A stretch of 64,000 nucleotides of DNA, taken from positions 1-64,000 of IMG/VR virus record IMGVR_UViG_2597490325_000001. One strand, 5' to 3'. A program made the translations under genes and the position numbers. Below are positions 52,512-62,027 of the stretch, in pieces; position 1 is the first letter of the stretch, and every line of letters begins with the position of its first letter. The DNA comes from a virus. Lineage: Duplodnaviria > Caudoviricetes. The notes beneath the pieces were generated by a model that saw only the letters and a program-made list of their open reading frames with translations, ran no database searches and had not been told where the DNA came from.

Positions 52512-53009
52512 ATGGCATTCACTACTAACATGTATAAAGTTAAATTTTTTAAGAAAGATTTAGCTTATCAAAAAGAAATAATCTATCACACTTATTATCC
52601 TTTCCGTGATGAGACTTTAAATCCTTATCCTGTTTGGTTGGTAGACTATTTTGCTTTTTATGGGTTATTCTATTATTTAAATATAGTGATTAATCCAAAA
52701 GATTTAATGCGTATCCATAATACAGAAATTGAATTTCATCTGATAAATTCTTTCAAAGAAGTTCCTGCTTTTGTAAGTAGTAATTTTCATTCTAAAGATG
52801 TGGATTATATTAGAGACTCAATAATTTCTTTATTGCATCATTATAAAATAAAATTTGTAATGATTGCACTTGATAAGAATATACCTCTTCCTTCAGCAGT
52901 AATTCATCATTGTGTGAATATGGAAGAGACAATTCGTAAATCCGGTGTAGAAGCATTTATTCCCCATCCAAAATTTAATCTATTTAGACTTTATGATAGA
53001 TTGATGTAA
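52512..53009 (+). CDS. Hypothetical early protein
   Basis: Early box at 52447; AGGA RBS. Confidence 0.75.
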   Translation: MAFTTNMYKVKFFKKDLAYQKEIIYHTYYPFRDETLNPYPVWLVDYFAFYGLFYYLNIVINPKDLMRIHNTEIEFHLINSFKEVPAFVSSNFHSKDVDYIRDSIISLLHHYKIKFVMIALDKNIPLPSAVIHHCVNMEETIRKSGVEAFIPHPKFNLFRLYDRLM

Positions 53010-53054
53010 TAAAACCCCTATATCCCCTTTTGAGGGATATAGGGTATTTTTTTT

Positions 53055-53420
53055 TTAGCCGCCAGCACCTTCAAGTGCAGCAATTCTAGCAGCCAGAGGA
53101 TCTGTAGCCGCTTTAATAGCAGCATTCATTGCCTCGGTAGTAACGCCACCACCTGAACCGCCAGCCGCAGCTGCGAAATCAGTAGTGAATTTACCTTCAC
53201 TGTTAGGGGCACGAGTTTTCTGAACAACTGCGCCAGCATCTACATAAACGATAGTCTGAGTAGAAGCAGTAGAAGATTTAGCGAGAACCGGAGTTCTGGT
53301 AGTGATCAGAGTTACCTGAGTATCTGCAGCATTGGCTACCAATGCAGACAGTTTTACGATGTTATAAGAAACACCTTCAGGGAAAAACTTAAGATCATTC
53401 AGTTTTGGATTGAGAGCCAT
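53055..53420 (-). CDS. Small, probably abundant virion protein
   Basis: Late promoter 53484-53472; A/G-rich C-terminus LAARIAALEG. Confidence 0.7.
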   Translation of the reverse strand: MALNPKLNDLKFFPEGVSYNIVKLSALVANAADTQVTLITTRTPVLAKSSTASTQTIVYVDAGAVVQKTRAPNSEGKFTTDFAAAAGGSGGGVTTEAMNAAIKAATDPLAARIAALEGAGG

Positions 53421-53554
53421 TTTTATTCCTTAAATTTTCTATATAGAAATATCTCTAGCCTAAACTATAGACTATTAGTGTGTTTATAAATCATAATACT
53501 TTTTATTAGAAAAAATAATAACACGGTATTAGTTACTAAAAGGTTAAAATAAAA

Positions 53555-54064
53555 ATGAAACTGGTACACACAAAGAAATTTGGTAGGCGTACTATTGTTA
53601 TAATTCCTATTTGCTTAGGTGTTGCATTAACATTTTATGGAATCATTCCAATATTTGTTATAATGCATCAGACTTTTAGATTTTCTTTTGTGTTTATCCC
53701 CATAATGTTTATCAAAGTTAAAGATAAAACTGAGCTTCCATTTGAACTAGTAACCCACGAATGTGTACATATTTCTCAATTCTTTAGCACATTTGGTTTA
53801 TTTTGTTTTTTATACTCATTCTCTGAAAAAAGAAGATTAGCATTTGAAATAGAAGCATACACAGAGCAATTGTTCTTGCTGATTGGTGATGAAAGAAAAA
53901 TATTCAGGTTAATGACAAATCATCCAGAATATATGATAGGTATAATAGAATCAGCAATATTCTCATCAAACGTATATAAGCTACAATCTAACTATGAATC
54001 TCGATTTATAAGAAATAAAATTGCATACTTTATTGAAAAGAAGTACTACCAAATTTTTTACTAA
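53555..54064 (+). CDS. Membrane-associated HExxH zincin-like protein
   Basis: Hydrophobic N-half; LVTHECVHISQ...FEIEAY; late promoter at 53520-53532. Confidence 0.7.
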   Translation: MKLVHTKKFGRRTIVIIPICLGVALTFYGIIPIFVIMHQTFRFSFVFIPIMFIKVKDKTELPFELVTHECVHISQFFSTFGLFCFLYSFSEKRRLAFEIEAYTEQLFLLIGDERKIFRLMTNHPEYMIGIIESAIFSSNVYKLQSNYESRFIRNKIAYFIEKKYYQIFY

Positions 54065-54070
54065 ACTATT

Positions 54071-54131
54071 ACCCATATCTCTCTATTGAGGGATATGGGT
54101 AAATTTATAAATTTTTTTATTAATATATTAT
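54071..54131 (+). promoter_or_regulatory. Terminator hairpin followed by the early promoter of the RT gene
   Basis: acccatatctctc-tatt-gagggatatgggt, then ATATATTAT at 54123-54131. Confidence 0.7.
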
Positions 54132-54168
54132 TAAAATGATCTCATAACAATAGTAGGATTGTAATAAA

Positions 54169-56241
54169 ATGGCTAAGAAAATTCACTTTACTAAAAACTA
54201 TCCAATTCTTAAAAAATCTATTGGTACGGCTATTGATATCTTGAAGAAAGATGTTCGAGAAAGCATCCAATACGATCATTTTAATGATCGCCTTAAATTA
54301 ATGGGTATTGACAAATATCAGTTAGTGCGTACTATTTATCATGCTGCTAAAGCAGCTTATCACTCCAAGGGTGAAATCAAAGATATCATTATCGGGAATG
54401 ATATTAACACTGAAACCCTTAAAACTTTCTTAACACAAGCTTTAGCTGCTTCTTCAAATGGTATTATTGATAATATAACCATTAATTCTTTTGGTAAGCA
54501 TAAAGTATCTCTTCAGAATGAGAAACAAATTCGTAAAGAATTAGATAAGCTCAATGGTCGTAAAGATAGTTTAGAAGTTCTTGTAAAAGACTTTAAATTA
54601 GGTCTTACTGTTCCTAAAAATAGTGATAAAGCCACAGATGACAAACGTCAATTTATATTTAAATCACTAGTACAAGAAATCTTATTAGGCTCTATTGTAG
54701 TTCAAAACTATCGTCGAAATCTTAATGCGGAAAATATTTTCTATGATCCGAATGTAATGGCATTTGGTACAAGCCTCATTCGTCTCTCTGAAAAAGATTG
54801 GCGGGGAAATACCTCTGAATTTCGTTTTAGCAATTATATCCACGAATATGATGAGTTTAAAGATACTACATACCGTCTTTATGAAGAAGGTTATAATCAT
54901 ATCCGTTATGCTGACGTTAGTAAATTCTTTGATAACATTAGTCATGATTTAGTTGTTGATGCATTGTGGGTAGGATTTAATACATTTAACTATAGTGATG
55001 AAGTTTTAGAGAAAGCTAAGTTCCGTACATTTGTAAAATCATTACTGAATGTAAATGGGCGTGATTCCGGTCTTACTATTGAATCACACTTCCAGCATTT
55101 GATTGCTAAGATTATTATTGAATATATGTTTAAAGATTTCTCTACAAGAATTAAACGTAATTCATATCGTAATGTCGATGATTTTAAAATCCTATTCTAT
55201 GTAGATGACATTATCATACTGACGAAAGCGGAATGGGATGCTAACAGAGTTCTTGATGGTGTAAATGAAATTCTTGAAGAAAATGGTTTTAAACTTAATG
55301 AAGCTAAATCTTCATTTATCTCTAGTAAAGCTAAACGTAAAAAAACTGATAAAAATTCCACTACTTTCGAAGACTTAAAAACCTTAGTACGTCTTCCAGG
55401 AACCCATTATTTTGATATCGATGAATTAGAATTATCGCTTGAGTATGGCGGTGATTCTGTAGAACTTTATCGGAATTCAATGGAGCAAATTCATAAACTG
55501 TCTCATTATTTTAATGAAAAAGGTGAATTACTGGTTGAAACAGATATCGTTAGCTTCTTAAAAGATCTTGATGAAACTGGTGCGTCTGGATATCATAGTG
55601 ATCGATTCCTATCACAGATCGTTAAATGCTGCATGTATACAGCCCGTGATCAATATCTTTCATTATTGTATAAAGAAGATGCAAATATTTATATTGAGAA
55701 TCTTAAAAATAAAGGATTTGAAGAAAGAATTTTTGCTGAAAAAGAATATCCATATGTAATGAATACATATCTCCGTAATAAATTTAAACTACGAGATATC
55801 ATGTTCCTTTACAAAAATAAAGATAAATTTGTCTTTAGTGAAACTAAAGTAGAATTCTACATGAATGCCATCAAAGTAAGAAATGACGAAGAGATTCTTA
55901 ATGCTCTACAATATTTCTATCTTACCAAACTTCATGATGCTAATATGTTGGCTAATTTAGTTCAGTTGGTATTGGAGAATTATCCTAGTAAAATTAAGTT
56001 CCTTGCAGCAATCGTTAAACGCAAACTTGCTGAAATGAATGGTCTTAATTATACCACTACTAAGTTAGAATTTACTGACGTGTATAATAAATTTATGATG
56101 CAACACTTTGCGGTAAATTACCAAACTCAGCTTAAATCGTACTTGATTCAACCCCCTTCAGCTCGTACTAATGATGCTATGTTCTTCTTTACATATCGTA
56201 TGTTTAAGAATGTAGTTAACTTAGTAACGATTACTGAATAA
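54169..56241 (+). CDS. Reverse transcriptase-family polymerase (Abi/UG/DRT-like architecture) with helical C-terminal domain
   Basis: YADVSKFFDNISH (motif A), GLTIESHFQHLIA (divergent motif B), FYVDDIII (motif C), GFKLNEAKS (motif D). Confidence 0.85.
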   Translation: MAKKIHFTKNYPILKKSIGTAIDILKKDVRESIQYDHFNDRLKLMGIDKYQLVRTIYHAAKAAYHSKGEIKDIIIGNDINTETLKTFLTQALAASSNGIIDNITINSFGKHKVSLQNEKQIRKELDKLNGRKDSLEVLVKDFKLGLTVPKNSDKATDDKRQFIFKSLVQEILLGSIVVQNYRRNLNAENIFYDPNVMAFGTSLIRLSEKDWRGNTSEFRFSNYIHEYDEFKDTTYRLYEEGYNHIRYADVSKFFDNISHDLVVDALWVGFNTFNYSDEVLEKAKFRTFVKSLLNVNGRDSGLTIESHFQHLIAKIIIEYMFKDFSTRIKRNSYRNVDDFKILFYVDDIIILTKAEWDANRVLDGVNEILEENGFKLNEAKSSFISSKAKRKKTDKNSTTFEDLKTLVRLPGTHYFDIDELELSLEYGGDSVELYRNSMEQIHKLSHYFNEKGELLVETDIVSFLKDLDETGASGYHSDRFLSQIVKCCMYTARDQYLSLLYKEDANIYIENLKNKGFEERIFAEKEYPYVMNTYLRNKFKLRDIMFLYKNKDKFVFSETKVEFYMNAIKVRNDEEILNALQYFYLTKLHDANMLANLVQLVLENYPSKIKFLAAIVKRKLAEMNGLNYTTTKLEFTDVYNKFMMQHFAVNYQTQLKSYLIQPPSARTNDAMFFFTYRMFKNVVNLVTITE

Positions 56242-56243
56242 TT

Positions 56244-56272
56244 AAAATAGCGGGGAAACCCGCTATTTTTTT
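56244..56272 (+). terminator. Intrinsic terminator after RT
   Basis: aaaatagcggg-gaaa-cccgctatttttt. Confidence 0.85.
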
Positions 56273-56336
56273 ATCCATTTTTAAAAAATTTGATTTATAG
56301 AACAATTCATTACATAAATCAAATGAGGTTTATCTG

Positions 56337-56996
56337 ATGGCTAAAGCACCAGTAATGAAAACCATTAAGATGAAAGAGCTAAAGCTCTTAAATGATCCAG
56401 AGTATGCTACTTTCAACATGTTTAATGGCATTGACCATTCTACATTCAAAGATTTTTCTAAATTTTTAGAAGATATTATTACTAAAAATAGAGAAATTGA
56501 TGAAAAAGAAAGAAATCATAAAGCTAAAATGGCTTTTGATAAGAAAAATGACCCTAAAGCTAAAGCTGAATATCTTCCATCAGAGACTAAGATTAAACGA
56601 ATTAATCTGAATATTAATAGTCATGGAGGATACGTTAGTGTAATGCACAATATTGTGATGCTTATGGAAACTTCACCAATTCCTATTGACACATATTGTT
56701 TTGCAGATGCACAAAGCGCTGGTTTCTATATTTTTATTCATGGAAAACAGAGATATCTTGGTAAATTCGCTATGCCTATGAGCCATAGTATGTTTGCTTG
56801 GAATATTGGTACAGTTCCAGCTATAGCTAGATATACTGAAACACTGGTAGCCACAAATAAAGGTATCCAGGATGTTATTGCTAAGAAGACTAAAATTCCT
56901 AAAAAATTCTTAGTTGAAAAAGAAGATGTTGATGTCTTCTTTACAATAGAAGAATGTGTTAAATATAAAATAACTGACTTTGTCGTAGAGGACTGA
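56337..56996 (+). CDS. clpP: ClpP-like serine protease
   Basis: INSHGGYV, AQSAG, MSHS; late-type AACAattcatTA at 56301. Confidence 0.8.
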   Translation: MAKAPVMKTIKMKELKLLNDPEYATFNMFNGIDHSTFKDFSKFLEDIITKNREIDEKERNHKAKMAFDKKNDPKAKAEYLPSETKIKRINLNINSHGGYVSVMHNIVMLMETSPIPIDTYCFADAQSAGFYIFIHGKQRYLGKFAMPMSHSMFAWNIGTVPAIARYTETLVATNKGIQDVIAKKTKIPKKFLVEKEDVDVFFTIEECVKYKITDFVVED

Positions 56997-56997
56997 T

Positions 56998-57396
56998 ATG
57001 TCTAGCGTTAAGATTACACCTGTAGATAATACTACTTTTCGTATGAATTCTAAATTACCACATGGTAGTATTATGCTTACCAATGAAGGTATCCGTCTAA
57101 GTGAAAAACTTGGTAAAACTATTTATAATAATCTAAAAGGCGTAGCAAAGAAATCAAGTAAAATCTTAGCTGGACTAAGTTTAGATGATTCAGGTAGTTT
57201 TGTAGTAAGGTTTAAAGATGTCATTGAAAAAGAAGGTTTCACAATTCGCCGTGATTTTAATTTGTATCCTTGTCTTATTAATCTCAATCGTGATGAGTTA
57301 TTTGGACTTTACGATATAATTGGCGGTCTTGAACTGGAAGTAGCTAGTATTGATTTCAATGAAGATAAAGAATTCATTGGATTTACCGTAGTGTAA
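56998..57396 (+). CDS. Hypothetical protein, possible AbrB/MraZ-like paralog
   Basis: 132-aa ORF followed by bidirectional hairpin 57404-57432. Confidence 0.7.
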   Translation: MSSVKITPVDNTTFRMNSKLPHGSIMLTNEGIRLSEKLGKTIYNNLKGVAKKSSKILAGLSLDDSGSFVVRFKDVIEKEGFTIRRDFNLYPCLINLNRDELFGLYDIIGGLELEVASIDFNEDKEFIGFTVV

Positions 57397-57451
57397 TAAA
57401 ACTCCCTATATCCCTCTTTCGGGGATATAGGGGTTTATTTACTTTTTTTTT

Positions 57452-60400
57452 TTACTCTTCTAGGATATCTAAAACTTGGCGTTTAAGTTCAATAAGAACT
57501 TTGTTAGCTCCACCTTGTAAATAGAAGTCCATTGTCATACGGCTAATGATTGAGAGAGGCGACAATAGTGCTGATACTTCTTCCTCTGGATGAAGTTCAG
57601 AATAAGGCGCTTTCTCAGTATCAACTGTATTAGCAACGATGGTTTTAAGACTAGTAAAGAACGTAATTTTATCACCAACATCTAATGGGTCTAAATGCTG
57701 AATGAGATATTGAATAACTACACCTTGTACTTCATTACCCATAAGTTTATTCGATTCGATCATTTCAGTAGAAGGAGTCTGAATAAATTCATCAGGAGAG
57801 ATATTCTTAAGAGAAGATGATTTTTCATCATATTTTTCAATATAACTTTGTACTACTTTTCTTAAGGTAGGGTGCATTTTTTCAATAGGAGTATTATAGT
57901 AGAGTTTCATATCTACTATTCTACCAGCATACTTAGCTTTTGCAGAAGAACGAGCCAACTCACTAATGGAAGCTTGAGTTTGTTTATCAAGTTTTTCTAA
58001 GGCAGCAATAGCTAATGCTTCATCATTCCCTACTTCTTCAAAGATAACAAGCGCATCATTAACTTCGATTTCATCACCAACTTGAGCCATTTTGATGATT
58101 CGGGAATTAGCCTTAAGGATAACATCACGTTTGTTAATAACTTCAGAAGAAAGATCTTTAGAAAGGGTATCAGTTACTACAGCACTATCCTCAAATGTTT
58201 CAGGGAGAGCCATAATAGCAACTTTAGATAAACGTCCACCTGCAAAGCAAATGCTTCCATCAAGAGTTTCTTTAAAGAAATTCTTATCATATGCTATTAC
58301 TTTACCAGCTTTAAACTTGCTTCCAACTTTAATACCATTAACTAAATCCAATTTATTTTGGATGTAGAAACCGCCACCTGAGTTTTTAGCAGCTTTCATA
58401 CTGATATCGATTGCAGAAGTTGTACCATCAATATATTCAATGAATACAAGATTTTTTTCTTCATCAATACTAGTAATTTTACCGTCTTTAACCGCTTTCC
58501 AAGCAAATTCTTGACCAATAATATGAGCAAGAGCCTTATCAACACCAGTACCTACAAGAGTAGGATGCTGAACTTTAGTATTAATAATATGCTTGTTCTG
58601 AGTAGTTGCCATGATTGCCCTAGGAGCATCAGCATGTTTTGGAGTAAACCCGTTAACCAACTCAGCAGCACTAAATAAGTTATCTGCAGTGAAATCCTTG
58701 ATATCCTTCTCACGAATATAGCCCCTAATTGTATCAATTTTGGGGTTAAACGCCATAGAACGGTTTACACCTATCTGTGCCGAAATTGGTGAGAAAATAC
58801 CATAAAGACCGAGCATTGTCTTACTATAAGCACGGTTCTCAGCAATATAAGAATCTTCTGAGTTCAGACCAGATGGCCCTTTAAATGTAACCTTACTTTT
58901 CGCTTCAATTTCTTGAATAGGGTTAAGAGTTGAATATTCTTCAACGTTAGGCATAGCCTGAATACGTCTAATAACATCATCTCTCTTAACTGAAATAGTT
59001 TGAGGTACACCAGAACCAGTAGAACGCTTATAGTTGTTAAATGCATCCACTAAAGAGTTATAAAAAGCTACTGCAATTACTTCACTATCACGGATACGAA
59101 AATGATACATGTCATTTTTTCTATCACGTTGGTAGTCACCTAGAAGGTTATTACCGTATAACAGAAGTTCTGTGAAGTTAGTAGGCATTTTAAGTTCTTT
59201 AAGAATCTCTAGAGTGATAGGATCAATCATGGAGTTTTCAAAGTTAACCAATGCTTTTGCAGTGTTACGACTACCTGAATGAGTCTCAAAATAATCAAGG
59301 AAGATAGGAGACATTCGAGTAGCTTCTTCCAGTTTATATTCATTTGCATTCAAGAATAATAAGCCGTTAGCAAAAAGTTCTTTTGCTGGATCAAACTTAG
59401 TATCAATAAATACATAAAAATCACTGAAAGTTAATAGGACTTCGGAATCAGTTTTAGCTACACGTTTCTCTTCAATACGATAAGGAATATCATAAAGATC
59501 AAGAGCTGGAAGGAGACCTCTATATGCTGCTACCAGTACACCCAATGCTACAGATGTAGATACAATCTTCATGTTTGTATAAGACAAACTTAGAGACGGT
59601 TTAGTAGATTTTAATGCATCTTGAATTTCAGGGTCTTTACTACCAGTAAGAATATCTAGAATAAACTTAGTAAGATTATCTGAAAGAGCTTCATATTTCT
59701 TACCAGTTTCATAACCTACGATATTTCTTGTAGCAATTTCTTCTAAAATAACTGTTTTACCTTTGAAACCAATAGGAATATACTTATCGTAATCAATAGT
59801 AATTTTCTTATTAGCTAAAGTTTCCCTGATTTCCTTTTGGTTAAGACGAATATCATAACCTTCAAGAGAAATAGCAAAGAGCTTACGGGATAAATAGTTA
59901 TATGGAATACTGATATTAAACTCTAAGTTGGATTCGTAGCTGTTACCATGTTTCTTAGTGATACTAGCTATTTCTTTACCAACTAGAATTCGAATTACTC
60001 TATCGATTTGACCATTAATCTTATCTCCTTTACGATATAAGAAGGTCTTTTTATAGTTAGTAGTAATTTGAACCCTATCGTTCGCTTCTTTGATTACTGG
60101 AAGAACGATAGATTGTTTAGCAATAAAGTTTTTGTTACCATTAATCAGCATGAAACCATCATGTGAAAGAATAGGAACATTTACCCTAAATTGATGGCGT
60201 TTGAAAGTTTTATCCATATATTCGATATGGTATTCATTAGCCTTAGTCAAAGGGTTAGATACATTAGTTACTTCGAGTTTAGTTACTACTACAGGATGTT
60301 CAGGATCATTATTCAAACATTTGATAATATTTGCAATGTCCTTTTTAAATCCTTTCTTATAATAACTATGAGTAATAGAACTAGTACGGAAAGATTTTAC

Positions 60401-61645
60401 TTTAGGGTTAATGATACTATCATCATTTACTCTAATATCTTCAAGCGTATTAGATTCAGCAAGTTTATTTGCTTCTAATTCAAATTCTTTTAATGCAGCT
60501 TCTTGAAGCTTTAAGTTATTATTAAGGAATTTTTCATTTTCCTCTCTAACTTTTTCAGTATAAGCATTAACGGTAGATGTATTTAAAACAGTATCTAAAT
60601 CAATATCACCATCTTTTAAAGCACCATCTACAATTTCTAAATCAGGAGCTTCACTATCAGTAGAACTACCAATAGTGTATTTATCGTCTTCTACAGAATC
60701 ATTATCAGTAGAATTATCGTCATTAGTTTTTTCTTCAGACTCATCTTCAGTGGAATCATCTGTAGCAGTGAATCGTTTAGAATCAGGTTCATTATCTGTA
60801 GATTCTGAATCATCTTCATCTTCGTCATGCTGATAAGCTAATGATTGATCATATAACTCTTGATCTTTAGGGTCAATTTTAGTTACTACTTCTAAATCAG
60901 GATCATTTACTTCCTGTTTCTGAGCAATAGCTTTACCAAGTTTAATTACTTTATTAATTAAATTGATAATTTGAGTTTTCTTATTAATATCATTCAAATC
61001 AGGTCTATAAACTAGATTACCAATTTGATGGAAGAAAACTAAATCAATTCCCTTAAAGAGATCATTAATTACTTTAGGTTCTTTTTTCAAACCATATAAG
61101 AAAGTATTGATAAAGAAATCAGGTTCTTCATCTAAGTCAAGAAATAATTGATAATCTACTTTCTTAGGTAATTGACTGATAAAGCTCTTAATGATGTTCT
61201 TAAACATCATGTAACCAGTTACATAAGTTTTCTTTTTATTTGCACAATATTGGTTATATGATTCTCTATATTTAGACAAATCAGCAAATACTGGCTTATT
61301 GGAGAACTTAGGTGATTCAATTAAATCAATGGTTTTTAATCTAGAAAAAAGAATACGAGAGTTCTTTAGCTCCAGATAGTAGTCATTAGCTCCTACAGAA
61401 TCTTTCCTAGTAGTCATTGTATTAGGATTGATTTTAATAGGAGGATAAAAGATTTTCTTAGTACTATTAGGTATGACTCGAATCATCTCAAAGTCACGTT
61501 CTATACTAGTAACAGAGTTGTCATTAAATAAAATATTACATAAAGGTTTCTTTCTTTTAGAGATATTAACTAAAAGTTTTTCCACTTTGTATATTTTATT
61601 AGGTCTTACTCTATCTATATTGATGATAGCCATATTACCTACCAA
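57452..61645 (-). CDS. Phage multisubunit RNA polymerase beta-like subunit (probably virion RNAP) with N-terminal extension
   Basis: DGFMLINGNK..KQ, HADAPRAIMATTQ, TFEDS, VGDKI..KTIV, SPLSIISRM; late promoter 61679-61667. Confidence 0.88.
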   Translation of the reverse strand: MVGNMAIINIDRVRPNKIYKVEKLLVNISKRKKPLCNILFNDNSVTSIERDFEMIRVIPNSTKKIFYPPIKINPNTMTTRKDSVGANDYYLELKNSRILFSRLKTIDLIESPKFSNKPVFADLSKYRESYNQYCANKKKTYVTGYMMFKNIIKSFISQLPKKVDYQLFLDLDEEPDFFINTFLYGLKKEPKVINDLFKGIDLVFFHQIGNLVYRPDLNDINKKTQIINLINKVIKLGKAIAQKQEVNDPDLEVVTKIDPKDQELYDQSLAYQHDEDEDDSESTDNEPDSKRFTATDDSTEDESEEKTNDDNSTDNDSVEDDKYTIGSSTDSEAPDLEIVDGALKDGDIDLDTVLNTSTVNAYTEKVREENEKFLNNNLKLQEAALKEFELEANKLAESNTLEDIRVNDDSIINPKVKSFRTSSITHSYYKKGFKKDIANIIKCLNNDPEHPVVVTKLEVTNVSNPLTKANEYHIEYMDKTFKRHQFRVNVPILSHDGFMLINGNKNFIAKQSIVLPVIKEANDRVQITTNYKKTFLYRKGDKINGQIDRVIRILVGKEIASITKKHGNSYESNLEFNISIPYNYLSRKLFAISLEGYDIRLNQKEIRETLANKKITIDYDKYIPIGFKGKTVILEEIATRNIVGYETGKKYEALSDNLTKFILDILTGSKDPEIQDALKSTKPSLSLSYTNMKIVSTSVALGVLVAAYRGLLPALDLYDIPYRIEEKRVAKTDSEVLLTFSDFYVFIDTKFDPAKELFANGLLFLNANEYKLEEATRMSPIFLDYFETHSGSRNTAKALVNFENSMIDPITLEILKELKMPTNFTELLLYGNNLLGDYQRDRKNDMYHFRIRDSEVIAVAFYNSLVDAFNNYKRSTGSGVPQTISVKRDDVIRRIQAMPNVEEYSTLNPIQEIEAKSKVTFKGPSGLNSEDSYIAENRAYSKTMLGLYGIFSPISAQIGVNRSMAFNPKIDTIRGYIREKDIKDFTADNLFSAAELVNGFTPKHADAPRAIMATTQNKHIINTKVQHPTLVGTGVDKALAHIIGQEFAWKAVKDGKITSIDEEKNLVFIEYIDGTTSAIDISMKAAKNSGGGFYIQNKLDLVNGIKVGSKFKAGKVIAYDKNFFKETLDGSICFAGGRLSKVAIMALPETFEDSAVVTDTLSKDLSSEVINKRDVILKANSRIIKMAQVGDEIEVNDALVIFEEVGNDEALAIAALEKLDKQTQASISELARSSAKAKYAGRIVDMKLYYNTPIEKMHPTLRKVVQSYIEKYDEKSSSLKNISPDEFIQTPSTEMIESNKLMGNEVQGVVIQYLIQHLDPLDVGDKITFFTSLKTIVANTVDTEKAPYSELHPEEEVSALLSPLSIISRMTMDFYLQGGANKVLIELKRQVLDILEE

Positions 61646-61734
61646 TATGAGTTATGTATGTAAATTCTAAAACTATGTTTGAAAAATACTAAAATTACCA
61701 CTTTTCTAAAAATAGTAAGAATTTACATTGAAAT

Positions 61735-62027
61735 AAAATTCCCTATTACACTTTAGAAATGTAATAGGGGTTTAACTTTTGTTCTGTATTCCTTGCTAAT
61801 TATTTAATATTTCGAACGTTAGTGAGAAATATTAAATAATAATTAGGTTTATATCGAAATTAGATTTATTTACGTAGTAAATAAATTTAATGAGATATAA
61901 ACATCCTAACCCCTAAATCCCCTTTCCTTCGTGACATTTTGGAAGTTTAAGAGAATCTAGGAATTAGTTAATGTTTAATGGTAAATTTTATACTCATTAA
62001 TTATTTTTCTATTTCTATCAGAATGTT
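61735..62027 (-). other. Structured non-coding region (candidate ncRNA or origin)
   Basis: Minus late promoter 62027-62015; G-run tract; two 15-bp inverted repeats; hairpin 61741-61770. Confidence 0.5.

Noticed and set aside
54064-54168. Retron msr-msd or DRT ncRNA upstream of the RT
   Set aside because: Only ~100 nt, fully accounted for by a family terminator hairpin, the early box and the RBS
53000-57400. Diversity-generating retroelement or group II intron
   Set aside because: No TR/VR pair, avd-like gene or intron domain V/VI seen by eye; a TR outside the window cannot be excluded
58092-60478. Plus-strand ORFs within the RNAP gene
   Set aside because: Antisense shadows with no supporting signals
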